Assembly (NCBI RefSeq): GCF_004010195.1
Contig: NC_057719.1
Span: forward strand, 64,736,819 to 64,800,818
Source: Chiloscyllium plagiosum
Lineage: Eukaryota
Direction of reading: 5' to 3'
Length of the DNA: 64,000 nucleotides
The notes beneath the pieces were generated by a model. That model was not told where the DNA came from, ran no database searches, and worked only from the letters and a program-made list of their open reading frames with translations. The translations under genes were made by a program, and so were the position numbers. Shown in pieces: positions 39,782-52,505 of this stretch. How positions within the stretch are numbered: the stretch's first letter is position 1; each line of letters starts with the position of its first letter.

Positions 39782-39809
39782 CTGAAGAAGGGCCTGTGCC
39801 CGAAACGTC
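39782..39809 (+). ncRNA. Minimal hammerhead ribozyme motif, plus-strand copy
   Basis: uuc-CUGAAGA-A-GGGC-cugu-GCCC-GAAA-CG-UC-gaa: complete core with stems I and II. Confidence 0.8.
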
Positions 39810-41809
39810 GAATCTCCTGTTCCCTGGATGCTGCCTGACCTGCTGTGCTGTTCCAGCAATAAAGTTTCAACTTTGATCTCCAGCATCTGCAGACCTCACT
39901 TTCTCCTTGAAGTCTCCTGTGGATCATTTTGGAAGTTAATGGTAGTTCCTTCATATTCAAGTTATAGTAATAACTTGCAGTGATCCTCATTTACTCTTTG
40001 TCAGCAACATTTAAAAATGACACATAGTTCAGTCTTATGTTGAAAATTTCAATTACACCCTGCATTTCTCATTTTTAGGTTTATTTCTACCATCCAGTGG
40101 TGAAACTATTGGAGAGCAATCCATTGCTGCGTAGCCTAGCAGAGTCATTTGAAAAACCACAGTAAAATTCTGATGCTTTCTGTCAGTCATTTCTTGAAAT
40201 GTGCTCTTGATTAGTTGAAAGCAATTACAACCATGTTTTAGAAAATAAAGCCTAAAGGATGACAGTAATCACAAGGGTGAAGGTAAAAGAGCATTGAAAG
40301 TCTGATGAATTTTCAGGCAGAATGACCATCACATAAATTTTACTGTATTATTAGTTAATTTCCATTCTTTGTCTCAATTGATTAACTTATATACACACAA
40401 AAATCTGATCTGTAGCACCAATAAACCCCCTTTAATTAGAATTATTCATCATAATCAAAATTACACCAATAAACTGGAGAGTTAGAAAGAAGTAAAACCA
40501 AAATGGTATACTTGGATTATTAGCCACCCATTATGTTTGACCAATACTTCCACAATATATCTTAATGCTAAAAGGTCCTGTTTGAAAGGCTAAATGATTT
40601 TCATTTGTGACAAGTTGATGTTAATTGGAAAAAGTAAAACTGTAATACTTAATATTGATTAAATATTTTGAAAAGGACTGATCTGGGTTGCTACTTGCTC
40701 GAAAGGCAGTACTGGAATTTTTGATTTTCATTTAAAAACAACTTCTTATTGATCATTCCATAATTTAGAAGACTATGACGTGTTACCTTTCTCATATTAA
40801 CAAAGAACAATGTGCTGTAATAGTTGAGCCATGAATGTCACGCATTTCTTATTGTTTAATGTGGAAAACCCAAATTGTCGAAGATGGAAGTTTCTTGGCC
40901 TGTTATTTGGAAAGACAGAAATGGTGATAATATTTTCCTTTGTTACATTGTTATTGCATATTAATAATATTTTAAAAGTGTAATATCTCCATCATTAAGG
41001 GACACATGATACGATTGAGCCATCTGTATTCTGAAGTAAAATTCTGTATTAGGATCAAAATAATTCTGGGCCGTTATTAATAACTATATTATTATAAGAG
41101 CATTTGCGCTTGTTATAGCTTTTTTGACTTTGGCTCAGATGTGCCACAGGGAATAGACCGCAGAACAGTGTCCCCAAGTTTCTTGGTGACTCAACCACCA
41201 ATTTTAAGTAATGCTGTTACATTCACATGTATTTTGAGGCCTTGTGACAGTGTGTGTGTGTGCCTTGCCTCTGAGTCTGAAGCTCCAAAATTCAATCTTG
41301 ATGGAAGGAACATGCATCACAATGTAACCAGTTTGGTTAATTATCAATCAGCCAATTGTTCACCACATTAAGCAAGTGGTACGATCAGGAGGAATTCCTG
41401 TACAGCCATGCAATAAAAAGAAGTTTGGATCCTCTACCATCATGGTTTATAGATCCAGACAACATAATGTTACATAACTTAAACATAATGTAACACAACA
41501 AAACATGAATGTAAAATGTCACATTGCACTGCAGCATTAGGTTTCCTGATTGAATGATATCACATCGGCATGCAAACATTTATTTTACTTTTTTATGTGC
41601 CAATTAACATGCAATATTTAAAATGATACTTCTGAAAATAATATATTTCATCCTCAGGCAAATAGCTACTTTGACTCTGATTAGTTGTCCTTTGTCACTC
41701 ATTGCTTCATAGAAATTTGATTTGTCACAAATGCGGACTAGTATATAAACAGTATTTTTCATCTTGCTGGATTAGTACAATGATTTGCTCATAAAAGAAA
41801 TAAAATAAA

Positions 41810-42095
41810 ACTCATTTATATAAAAAGGATATTCTAAAGTGCTTCACAAACAATTCATTATTTTGGAAAGTTCAGTCAACATTTGTTCTTCGGATGTAAA
41901 CAGTGATCAACTTGTAAACAGTAAATACCACAAATAGTACTGTGATGTATATCTAGTCAGTTTGTTTCCCTGAGGTTAGCTGAGGATTGGCCAGCACATT
42001 ATAGGAAAACTCCCTTTTCTTCAAATTATCCCTCAATGTTGTAGTTTACTATTTGTCTGAAAGATTACACCTCCCATAATGGATTACTCCCTTAT
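41810..42095 (-). mobile_element. Old Deu-domain-type SINE (SacSINE/AmnSINE-like)
   Basis: Decayed relative of 44160-44470. Confidence 0.45.
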
Positions 42096-43314
42096 TTTTT
42101 ATTCTAGATTGTATATACAGTATAAGAATTGCTATGGAAACAGCTAAAGACCCGATATAGATGTAACAGTGAGATAAGCAATTGATGCAAACTTGTGATG
42201 TATATTTTATATTGTACAAATTGATGGAAGGTGGGTAAATGAAAATTCATGAGAAACTCTTTAGCACATTGTGACTTTAGCCTTCTGTGCTTCTCATTAT
42301 GCTTGTAAACGCTGTAGCCAGTATTAGGTTATTGCTGCAACTTTCTTTAACATCTGAAACTGTAACTTTACAAAACATTAAAGAATGTATTTGCAGCTTT
42401 AGGCTTGAACAAGAGTTTGTGCATAACACAGCAAGATGTGATTTGATCAGGATAGCTATTAAACTGCAGGATGGTTTGAAAGTCTTCTATAATAGTATCC
42501 ACTGGTGTATTATCCACGTTAATGCCCGTATAATTTCAGTTGCCTTGCTACTAATCAGCAGTCTCTCTCATAAAGTGTAAATGCTGCTTTCCCTTTACAT
42601 TGGTATTTCTTGCAAATTGTCCTGATGAGTACAAGATGAAAACTTTTGACAAATTTGTCATTTTTTTAAGTAATCAACATATTTACATAAAATGTGTGAT
42701 TTAAGTACCAAAAGAATGATTCTGCACACATTTTAGATTCAGTGCTTGACATTGCTCTGTCTTAAAATTAATTATCATATGACAACTACTTTGTTTGTCC
42801 AAAAGAGTTATTCACAATAATCTGTTTTTAATATTTTCATGCCTTAGTAGCAAGTTGTTTTCATTCAGCTTATAAAACCTAAGAATCTTTAATTATGCGA
42901 TGTGTTAAATGTTAATAAATTAGTAACTAACATATAGTTACTGTCACTTAAAGTTAAGATTTTCTATTACACTGAGAATTACTTGGGCAGAAATGAAAAA
43001 CTGACCAAGAAACATGACTAGTTGCAAATCTATATACAATAAATTTCAATTTTATACAGTCCCATGTGTATTGGTATGATTTTATATTTGTGAGACTGCA
43101 TGGCTAATCACAGTATGTCATTGTAACATAATTTAGACTTGTGGTAACAATGCTCCAGCCTGCTCTCAAACAATACCATACAAATATTGCATTTAGTTTA
43201 TACGTACAGGATATCAATGAACATAATCCAAACATAGGGTTGATAAAGATACAAGCTTCTTTTGGGTCATTTACATTTTGTTTTTTGTTTAGGTTTTACA
43301 ACCTGTTGAAAGAT

Positions 43315-43900
43315 TTTTGGCCAGAATGTTTTGCCACCCTTCCTACTATGTTAGGGGGGAGTCTCCAAAACTGGGTGAGGTGGTGGGGGTGCTATGCCCA
43401 TTGCCTACTCCCCTTTACATTTACGTGACCAGTGATAGTGGAGGAGTGCATGAGGTGAAGCTGCCAGGTATACTGTGCTGGCCTGTCTGCTGTGGGGGTG
43501 GGGCAGGGGAGGAATGGTATACTGTCTGTTCATGCACCTGTGCCCCACAGACAGCACAACAAACCTCCTGTGCTTCCTTAAAATGGCTGCCCACCTCCTC
43601 CACATTGTCAAGACCTGCCTAACTGTCCACAATGAGGCTGCCCCGCTTACCTTATACTCCTCCCTCCGTTGTTACTCCTGCCTGGGAACTGGTTGCTGTC
43701 CCAGCGGTGATCGTTGATTTCAGTGATGGTGCTTGGACTGAAGTGGTGCCAATCCTTGATGATTGTCAACTCTTGGAGGTGGGATGCCCTGTCTTAAAGG
43801 GGCAAAGTTAGGACTTCCCATGAAACCAAACAATCAAAAGCCAGACATCTGCATTTCCCTCATGCCACCATACCCGTCCTCATTTCATGGTGTCACCAAG
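43315..43900. mobile_element. Probable non-autonomous DNA transposon remnant
   Basis: GC-rich island in AT-rich DNA with a Harbinger-like start (ggccagaat...) and no coding capacity. A similar island lies at about 14270-14700. Confidence 0.3.
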
Positions 43901-44159
43901 TAAACATTTCTACCCATTCCTGAAAGAGTTAATCTAACTGACAAAATAAGATTTTTTTAACTGAGTCTTGAATCATTCTATATCAATGTGTCTGACTTAT
44001 TTTCCATTTCGTTCAATTTAAGTCAACTGTACAAAATATATGGCACAAGGGAATAATTATCTTTTAATAATTTAGACATTTATATTCCTGGTGTAACTAA
44101 TATTTATTTGTATATATATATATAAAGATTTGAAATATTATCCAACTATATAAAAAAGA

Positions 44160-44470
44160 AAGACTTCCATTCATATAGCTCTTTTATATAGCTCTTTTCA
44201 TCATCCCAGGATATCTCAAAAGTGTTCTATTGGCAGCAGTGTAATTTTGATGAGTCACATTGTAGCCAACTTGGTCACAGCAAAATTGCATGAATATCAC
44301 TGAGATAAAATGACCATGTCACTTATTTTAGGCGTTGGTTTGAGGGATGAATATTGGTCAGGACACTAGAATAACTACCCCTCACCCCCTCGATCAAATA
44401 ATGTTGTAATGTCCTTGACATTCACCTGAGACAGCGCAAGGCTTTGGCTTAATGTCACATGAAAAACACA
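44160..44470 (-). mobile_element. Deu-domain-type SINE (SacSINE/AmnSINE-like)
   Basis: Diagnostic-looking blocks cattcatatagc, ttggtttgagggatgaatattggtcaggacac, cattcacctgaga. Confidence 0.6.
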
Positions 44471-45801
44471 TTCTTCTTAATCCACAAGCAAAAATCACTT
44501 ACCTACTTAATCAAACTGTTCCTGTTTCTTTTTAGTTGGGGATTAAAATTCATCATGTGGCTTTCATATTTATTCTGTAATTCCACATTTCCAGAACACT
44601 TGTGAATTTAATGCAGCTTCCATAATTATTTTAATTGATGAAAAAGGAACACTGCTTCTGTTACTGCACATAATAAATGTGAAATTGCAAATTACTGGCT
44701 TGCAACCATTTCAATTAAGAATAATTTCAATAATAGATGTGATCTGGTGCCCAACTTGTAGATACTTTGTCCAGTTGTAAAGACAAATAGTCATTCATTT
44801 TGTGGTAGAATTCCTTTGTGCTTTGTGTGAGTTCTGCAATGTTTACTTGGCTATAGTTCCACAAATTATAAAAACAGTAGACAAATACACAGTGTAGTAG
44901 GTCAACTCCCAGCAGTAAGCCACATAGCCATTCAAGTTCAGATTGGAAAGAATAAATGTTTAGCACTCCAGGTCCAAAACTTTTGTTTGTGGAATCATTC
45001 CATGAATGCAAGAACATTAAAAGATGAGACCTTTTCAAGCTGCATCTTGCTTTGTTTTGTAAGTTGAATGTGGAAAATAATTTTGTGGAACTATATTTTT
45101 AGGCAGCACCAATCTTCCAAGATCTGAATTAAAATTGTTATCCAAAGTATAATAAAGCCAAGTAGTGTTACCTTAAAATAAATTGGAGAAGAATATGTTT
45201 CAGCACATCATGAACTATCTTGAGAATTGCTATAAATCATTTATTTACCAAGGACTAGTAAATATGTACATGAAAAGAATGGAAACAATTTAATGAATGA
45301 TAGAAAGCTAATCCAGTATTTTTTTATTTTCAGACATTATAACCAGACATAAGGCTTCACAAAACTAGAAACCTCTGCTATTGAATTAGTAATGAGCTAT
45401 TGGTTCCTCATGTTGCAGGTATCCCAATGTTTGTGATGAATTTCAGAGGTATTTTCTGACTTGCATATTACATAGGTATTCATGGCAGATCACATGGTTC
45501 TTTAAATGTGCAGTGAATTAATACATCATCAGTGAATACTTTTTCTTAAATTATGTGAAATATGTTTAGCCACTTAGAGTTTGTTTCCTCATGTTTCAGT
45601 TCAAGTTTAACATACAATTATCAATCTCACTCAATGAGGAAGGTGATTGCAGAAAGGATAAAAGAACATAGTTACAAAAGAAGGATTACTTCTGAGTCTG
45701 GAGTCTTGTTAGTTCTTGTTATTGTGCAGTACACAGTGAACTTTACTCTGCAGTGGGAGTGTCTCTGTGAGATTGACAGTGCAAAGGAACTGCCATGAAT
45801 T

Positions 45802-46924
45802 ATAGAGTCATAGAGATGTACAGCATGGAAACAGATCCTTCGGTCCAACCTGTCCATGCCGACCAGATATCCCAACCCAATCTAGTCCCACCTGCCAGCA
45901 CATAACCCTCCAATCCCTTCCTATTCATATACCCATTCAAATGCCTCTTAAATGTTGCAATTGTACCAACCTCCACCACAACCTCTGGCAGCTCATTCCT
46001 CACACGCACCACTCTGCATGAAAATGTTGCCCCTTAGGTCTCTTATATATCTTTCCCCTCTCACCCTAAACCTATGCCCTCTAGTTCTGGACTCTCCGAC
46101 CCCAGGAAAGAGACTTGGTCTATTTATCCTATCCATGCCCCTCATAATTTTGTAAACCTCTATAAGGTCACCCCTCAGCCTCCAACACTCCAGGGAAAAC
46201 AGCCACTCCCTGTAGCTCAAATCCTCCAACCCTGGCAACATCCTTGTAAATCTTTTCTGAATCCTTTCAAGTTTCACAACTAGTCTCTTTCAGATAGGAA
46301 GGAGACCAGAATTGCACGCAATATTCCAACAGTGGCCTAACCAATGTCCTGTGCAGCCGCAACATGACCTCCTAACTCCTGTACTCAGTAATCTGACCAA
46401 TAAAGGAAAGATACCAAATGCCTTATTCACTATCCTATCTACCTTCGACTCCACTTTCAAGGAGCTATGAACCTGCACTCCAAGGTCTCTTTGTTCGGCA
46501 ACACTCCCTAGGACCCTATCATTAAGTGTATAAGTCCTGCTAAGATTTGCTTTCCCAAAATGCAGCACCTCGCATTTATCTAAATTAAACTCCATCTGCC
46601 ACTTCTCAGCCCATTGGCCCATCTGGTCAAGATCCTGTTATGATCTGAGGTAACCCTCTTCGCTGTCCACTACACCTCCAATTTTGGTGTCATCCGCAAA
46701 CTTACTAAGTGTACCTCTTATGCTCGCATCCAAATCATTTATGTAAATGACAAAAAGTAGAGGACCCAGCACCAATCCTTGTGGCACTCCACTGGTCACA
46801 GGCCTCCAGTCTGAAAAACAACCCTCCACCACCACCGTCTGTCTTCTAACTTTGAGCCAGTTCTGTATCCAAATGGCTAGTTCTCCCTTTTTTCCATGAG
46901 ATCTAACCTTGCTGATTAGTCTCC
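45802..46924 (-). mobile_element. CR1 LINE 3' 1.1 kb
   Basis: [37 protein letters not shown]; tail at left. Confidence 0.96.
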
Positions 46925-47339
46925 TTGCTTGTTACCAAGCCTTCCCCATTGCTAAGACTGCTATTCAAGTATCAAATAATGCATACTCTGCATCCCTGTT
47001 TATTATTTTTGGAAGAAATCTACTTCATTTCTATTGGTCCACCTATCTCCTTTGTTCACTGGTTGACAAGAAATAAGGAGGGTTTGGATGAAATGCAACT
47101 TTAGAATAAAGAAGCAATTCTTCAATGAATGAAAATTTGAGTGCATACGTGAGTGAGGAGGAGTGAGATACAGAACGATCCAGGCTATAGCATGGAACCA
47201 ACAAATGGGACAGTGTGTGTATTTTTGCTTCCACTTTAGAATTTTACTGTAGTGTTTATTGTCACTACTCACCACTACTGTTTCTTGAAACTCAACCAAA
47301 TTCAGACCTAGTGTTGCCACTATTCCTTTTAAGTGTCAG

Positions 47340-47900
47340 ACTCATCTTTGTTGACAAGCCTTTTATGTGTCACTTTGTTAAACATCAAATGCATCAACTC
47401 TTCTTGTTAGTACATCCCAAATTACCATCTAGTTATTTAGAAATGATTTGCTTTCAACAAATCCCTTTTTGTCTAATTTGGCTTTTCTTAATTATTTCAC
47501 ACTTGTGACGGCTAATTTTGTTCCATGTTAACATTTTGAATAATGTTTCCACCATCAAAGCTAAACTGACTGGTCAGTTTCTACATGTATCCATATGTTC
47601 ATGTTTTGAACAAAGGTACAGCATTTGCAATTGTACAGTTTTTTGGTACCTTGCTGCGTCTAAGGCAGATGGAAAGAGTGGACCAAAATTTTGACCTTTA
47701 CTTTCCTCATATCCTCAGATGCATCTGATCCAGTTCGGGTGATTTATGAACTTTTTAAATGCAATCCCACTTTATACTACTTCACATATTTTCAGTTCAT
47801 CCAGTATCTCTACAAATTCCTTTCATTCCGAATTTGGCTGCATCAGCAACTGATAAAGCCAGATGCAAAACTCTCATTTAGTATCTCATCACCCCTATAT
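47340..47900 (-). mobile_element. Very old CR1 RT remnant
   Basis: Antisense of PVSL (gctaaactgactgg) and neighbouring CR1 RT motifs. Confidence 0.55.
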
Positions 47901-49509
47901 TGATGCATTGGATCTGCATGAATGGGGAAAGCAACAATGTATCTCCTTATCAAATCTGATTGAAGTATTGACTAATGGCAGAGGGATGTTTAAGTTCATT
48001 TGGGTGAATTCAATGTTAAATACAAAGGAGAAATAAAGAGAACGGAAATAAGATTGTGTTGTTAAGAGAGAGAAAGACACACAAAGAGCCAGAAAAGTAG
48101 TTATTAAAATTCAATTGTTAAACGGAGTACCTTTTAAATCTCCAACAATAATTAACATCTGAAGGAATGAGACTTCATATTTGTAATAGATAAGTTTCAA
48201 TATGTTGATTGGCAGTAATTTACTATAATTTTTTCTAAAAGGGTACTCACAACTGTGAAATGACATTACATAATTTTTGGGGGGAGTTTACTATTGTCAT
48301 CAATGCAAATACAGCAATCTCTTGCTATTCAATACATGCCAACATAATGGCAAACAATGAGATGTAATTTGTGCAAGGTTCTCTGCTAATTGCAATTGAC
48401 GTGGCATGTTTTGTATATTGGCATTGAACTATGTATTTGCCTTTTACCGGAAGCCACTGTACATGCATAATTAATAGTAATTGTCATTTGCCATTCTGTG
48501 TGATATTGACAGCAAAATCTGACACATCCTTCTGGCTATGTATGGCTAAAATGAAATACATAATCTTCCTCATTCTTTCTACAATTTTACCTGATGGAAG
48601 GTTAATTGATTTGTTAAATGTAAAACAGAGCAGATAGAGGGAAAAAGAAATATTATAAATCTACTTAACCAAAATGTTAAGCTTGTGATATGTGACAGCT
48701 GTTTCAAATCCTCTATCTGCAAAATACAATCAGCGCCATTTTCAGTTTTTCAAAATCAAAATCCTAAAAGTAGGCCCAGCTATACATTTGGATTTATAGG
48801 TTATGAACTCGGAGAAATGTTAAATGAGATTGCACAGAAATTATAGGAATAGGTACAGATCTACAGTTATTTCCAAACTATAAGTTATAAAATCACATTA
48901 CAGTATAATAAAATTGGTCTGTTGCAATAGCCTACTGTAAATATCTAGGCCTTTAAGACATGGCAACCTTATACCCATGTACACTTCAGAAATATTTGAT
49001 TTGGATATTATTTTACGGAAGAAAGATTCTGACAGTTTTAGAAAAAGAACATGGATGTCGTTATAGGTTTCATTTTCATTCCATGGGTTTGTGGGGAAGT
49101 TGAACAGGAAAGCCTTAAGCTGGTTTGTGTGTTTTTTGTTTTAATGTACCTGCTTGGAAATTTCCTTTCTGCCGGAAAATCAATAAAACATTACCTAGTA
49201 ACAATATACAAAATGGGCTGGCAATTTGATCAATTTAATATTAATGGCTTTGTGTCATGAATTTTGAATTTCACATTTCTTTATTTTTTGAATAGAAAAA
49301 AATACATGTTAAATTGGATCACTGTTTTACAGTACCATGGCTGCTTCAAATGATTGGCAGAGGTTTTGTATAAGCTGGATAAGCTAATTATTGTGGCAGT
49401 TTTGAATGTTTGCTTACACATTAGCTAACCTTTTTTTTCTGGAAGCATGTGAGTTATATGCGATAAAATCACAAGTAAACTTTGTTGATTCAAAAGCAGT
49501 CACTATAAT

Positions 49510-49795
49510 GAAATACCCCTCCCATCCTGATTATACTCTCATCTACCCTCTTCTGTCAAACAGAAGATACTAAAGTTTGAAAACATGTACCGACAGATTT
49601 AAAAACAGTTTCTTTCCGCTGTTGTCAGACTTTTGAACAGACCTCTCATATATTAAAGTTGATCTTTCTCTGCACCTTCTCTGTAGCTGCAATATTATAT
49701 ACTGTTCCATTAACCTGTTGTACTTAAGGTATCATTTGCCTGGATAGTATGCAAAGCAATTCTTTTCACTCTGCATTTGACAATAAATCAAATCA
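49510..49795 (+). mobile_element. Rex1/Babar-type LINE 3' end
   Basis: Reads SHPDYTLIYPLLSNRRY*SLKTCTDRFKNSFF, like the Rex1 C-terminus; tail ttttcact...gacaataaatcaaatcaa. Confidence 0.75.
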
Positions 49796-49939
49796 ACCTC
49801 AGACCTTAATGGATTACGTTTAGACATGCCTTTTCTGTAGTAGCAGCAGTGGTTTTCTTCCTGCCATTCTTGGAAAGATTATTTCTTTCTGATTCCACAC
49901 AACGTTCCCAATTTTACATGAAAGGAGATGTATTTAAGT

Positions 49940-50340
49940 ATGGTGCTGCCTTTGAATATTAGTCTCTCTTGGCAGCTCAGCATAATGGTCTCTCGGCCTG
50001 GCAGAGCCTCAGTGTGGACTTCTGGTATCAAGATGACTCCAGAGTGGTCTCCTGGCCTCGAGAGCTTCAAGGTGAAGCCTGGCATAGACTGGTGTCAAGG
50101 CTCGATGCAGAGTAGAGGCTAAGTGCCATTGTGGGAGGACTGTTATTTGTTTAATTTATTCCTGTGATCTATAATGCTGGACTTTTTACTTCTTTATTTT
50201 AAAAAATATTTTCTTCCTAAGAATTTGTAATTAAGAATCCGTTCCTAGGTATTTTTGTACCTAAGATAGCATTGTAAGTGGTGACTTGTAAACTTTTCAC
50301 TGTACTCATTTGAGTACATGTGACAATAAAATTAATTCTA
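49940..50340 (+). mobile_element. Non-autonomous retroposon with Rex1-like tail
   Basis: Same family as 1130-1578. Confidence 0.5.
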
Positions 50341-51816
50341 AGAAAATCCTCGTCCACATTGTAGCACCCAGTGGACAGGAGGAGGATTTTTTTAAAAACT
50401 AAGAATATATTGTTTAATTTTTTTCGATGGTCTCTTGCTGGATTTTAAAATGGCAGTTAGTGACCACAATACAGAAAGTTGACTACCAAATGTTTTCAGC
50501 AAATAAAGGACAGAGGCAAACACATTACTTCATGACAATATTGCTTAAAAAGTAACATAAGGGACTATTAGATGAGATCTCTACCTTGGTAAGTATTAAA
50601 ATAAACAGGCCATTGAAACCTCTAATTTCTTGACTTGGTACAAATGTCTTCATTGTTTTTGCCAAAAAACTGATTTCTGATGAGGACATATCGAATGCAC
50701 CTCATTAAACTGAATATTTCAATGTGAAGCTCTGATTACACGACAGAAAGTGCTGGTTTGTTTGAATCACCTTTATCTATACCACTTTGACTTTTGTTTG
50801 ACAGTCCACTTGTAACACCAGAAGAGTAAGAAGCACCAGGCTTAGCCAAATGCTTGCTCTGATCCTGATATTTCTCAGAAAGAAACCTGTGTTTCACCTG
50901 TGAAATGTGACAGGTATCAAGCTTATACCTACAATACCTTCACTAGCAATTTGAATATTTCTGAATTCCCATGAAAGGGACTTTGTACACAGTGAACTGA
51001 AGGGGCCTCAGTTGGACATTGATTTACTGGACCCTCTAATTCACATGAGCTAAATTAATTATCTTTGTTTAAGTAACTTGTAACTTCTCTCCTTTCCTTT
51101 CTCTTCTTGGATGCGTTTGTGTGTGCCATGCACCCTTGCCCAGGGTTTCAAATGGAATAATAAATTCTAATTTGTTTTAACCTTGAAGAACTTGCTGTGG
51201 GTCGCTTTACACCGGATTTTATAAATAGGGTTTGGGGAAACACACATCACCTATTTTTAAAAGGGAAAGGAAAAATAGATTTAAAAAAACACTTTTTTTT
51301 TGCAAACAGAAGAGGCAAACAATGAAATAATTCAATTTACCTCTCCCTCTTGCCCATAAAAATATTGTGAAATTTGTTTTTGTGTCAAACCTCCCAACAC
51401 TTCGAAATTCCATCTGTGGACTGGCGTTTTAAATACTTGAGTAGGAATTGATTCATGCAGAGCTCCAGCATGTCTGGTGCTAGAATTCAATGCCAAACCC
51501 AGAAATAAAATTATGTACATGCATTAAAGTAGTTTACATTTGGGTTTCCCACGTGATATTCCATCCGCTGTGAAAGTAATATCTAGAATGAGTGACCTGA
51601 ATGCATGGCGACTGTGGTTTCAATAGGAGTATCCGTCAGTTTCAAATACTCGCTTTTGAATTTTGCAATACTTTTTCAGATACTGTTCCACAACAAAGAA
51701 AACTATTCAAGATTTGTATATTTAAAATAATTGTGCCATCTTTGAGCCATCTATAATTATTAATCTTGGAGGATGTATGAGGAATGGAATTTGATTGTTG
51801 GCTAGCCAACAGCTTT

Positions 51817-52120
51817 AGATTAGATTTAGAGTAGATTAGATTACATTACATTACAGTGTGGAAACAGGCCCTTCGGCCCAACAAGTCCACACCGACCCGC
51901 CGAAGCGCAACCCACCCATACCCCAACATTTACCCCTATACCTAACACTACGGGCAATTTAGCATGGCCAATTCACCTGACCTGCACATCTTTGGATTGT
52001 GGGAGGAAACCGGAGCACCCGGAGGAAACCCACGGAGACATGGGGAGAACGTGCAAACTCCACACAGTCAGTCGCCTGAGGCGGGAATTGAACCCGGGTC
52101 TCTGGCGCTGTGAGGCAGCA
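51817..52120 (-). mobile_element. Young tRNA-derived SINE (HE1-like)
   Basis: CpG-rich copy with (ttaga/ttaca)n tail. Confidence 0.92.
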
Positions 52121-52189
52121 TCTCTTGTTGGTCACATTCAGTTATGAGGTAAATAAATGTATAGCACTTTTATATATCTGCTACTTAGA

Positions 52190-52505
52190 GTGGCATGGTG
52201 GCCCAGTGTTTGGCACTGCTGCCTCATAGTGCCAGGGACCTGGGTTCGATTCCAGCCTTGGACGACTGTCTGTGTGGAGTTTGCACATTCTCCCTGTGTC
52301 TGTGTGGGTTTCCTTCCACAATCCAAAGACATGCAGATTAGGTGAATTGACCATGTTAAATTGGATATAGTGTTCAGGGATGTATAGGTTAGGGGCATTA
52401 GTCAGGGATATATAGGTAATAGAGTAGGGGAATGGGTCTGGATGCGTTACACCTCAGAGGGTTGGTGTGGACTTGTTGGGCTGACAGGCCTGTTTCCACA
52501 CTGTA
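52190..52505 (+). mobile_element. tRNA-derived SINE (HE1-like)
   Basis: gtggcccagtgtttggc head, ggttcgattcc B box, tail ggcctgtttccacactgt. Confidence 0.9.

Larger units (their letters stand above)
39686..39907 (+). mobile_element. Young Penelope-derived perfect hairpin element (family A)
   Basis: Perfect inverted repeat 39685-39777 / 39779-39871 with a 1-nt spacer. Exact 14-bp TSD tgaagtctcctgtg at 39672-39685 and 39908-39921. Confidence 0.95.

Noticed and set aside
39685..39871. miRNA precursor or DNA-transposon MITE
   Set aside because: The asymmetric extra end, 14-bp TSD, hammerhead core and identity to the end of the GIY-YIG element at 9379-9922 show a Penelope origin.
50360..51240. 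Possible solo LTR (similar impressions at 15780-16450 and 35740-36200)
   Set aside because: I could not define TG...CA ends with a TSD.
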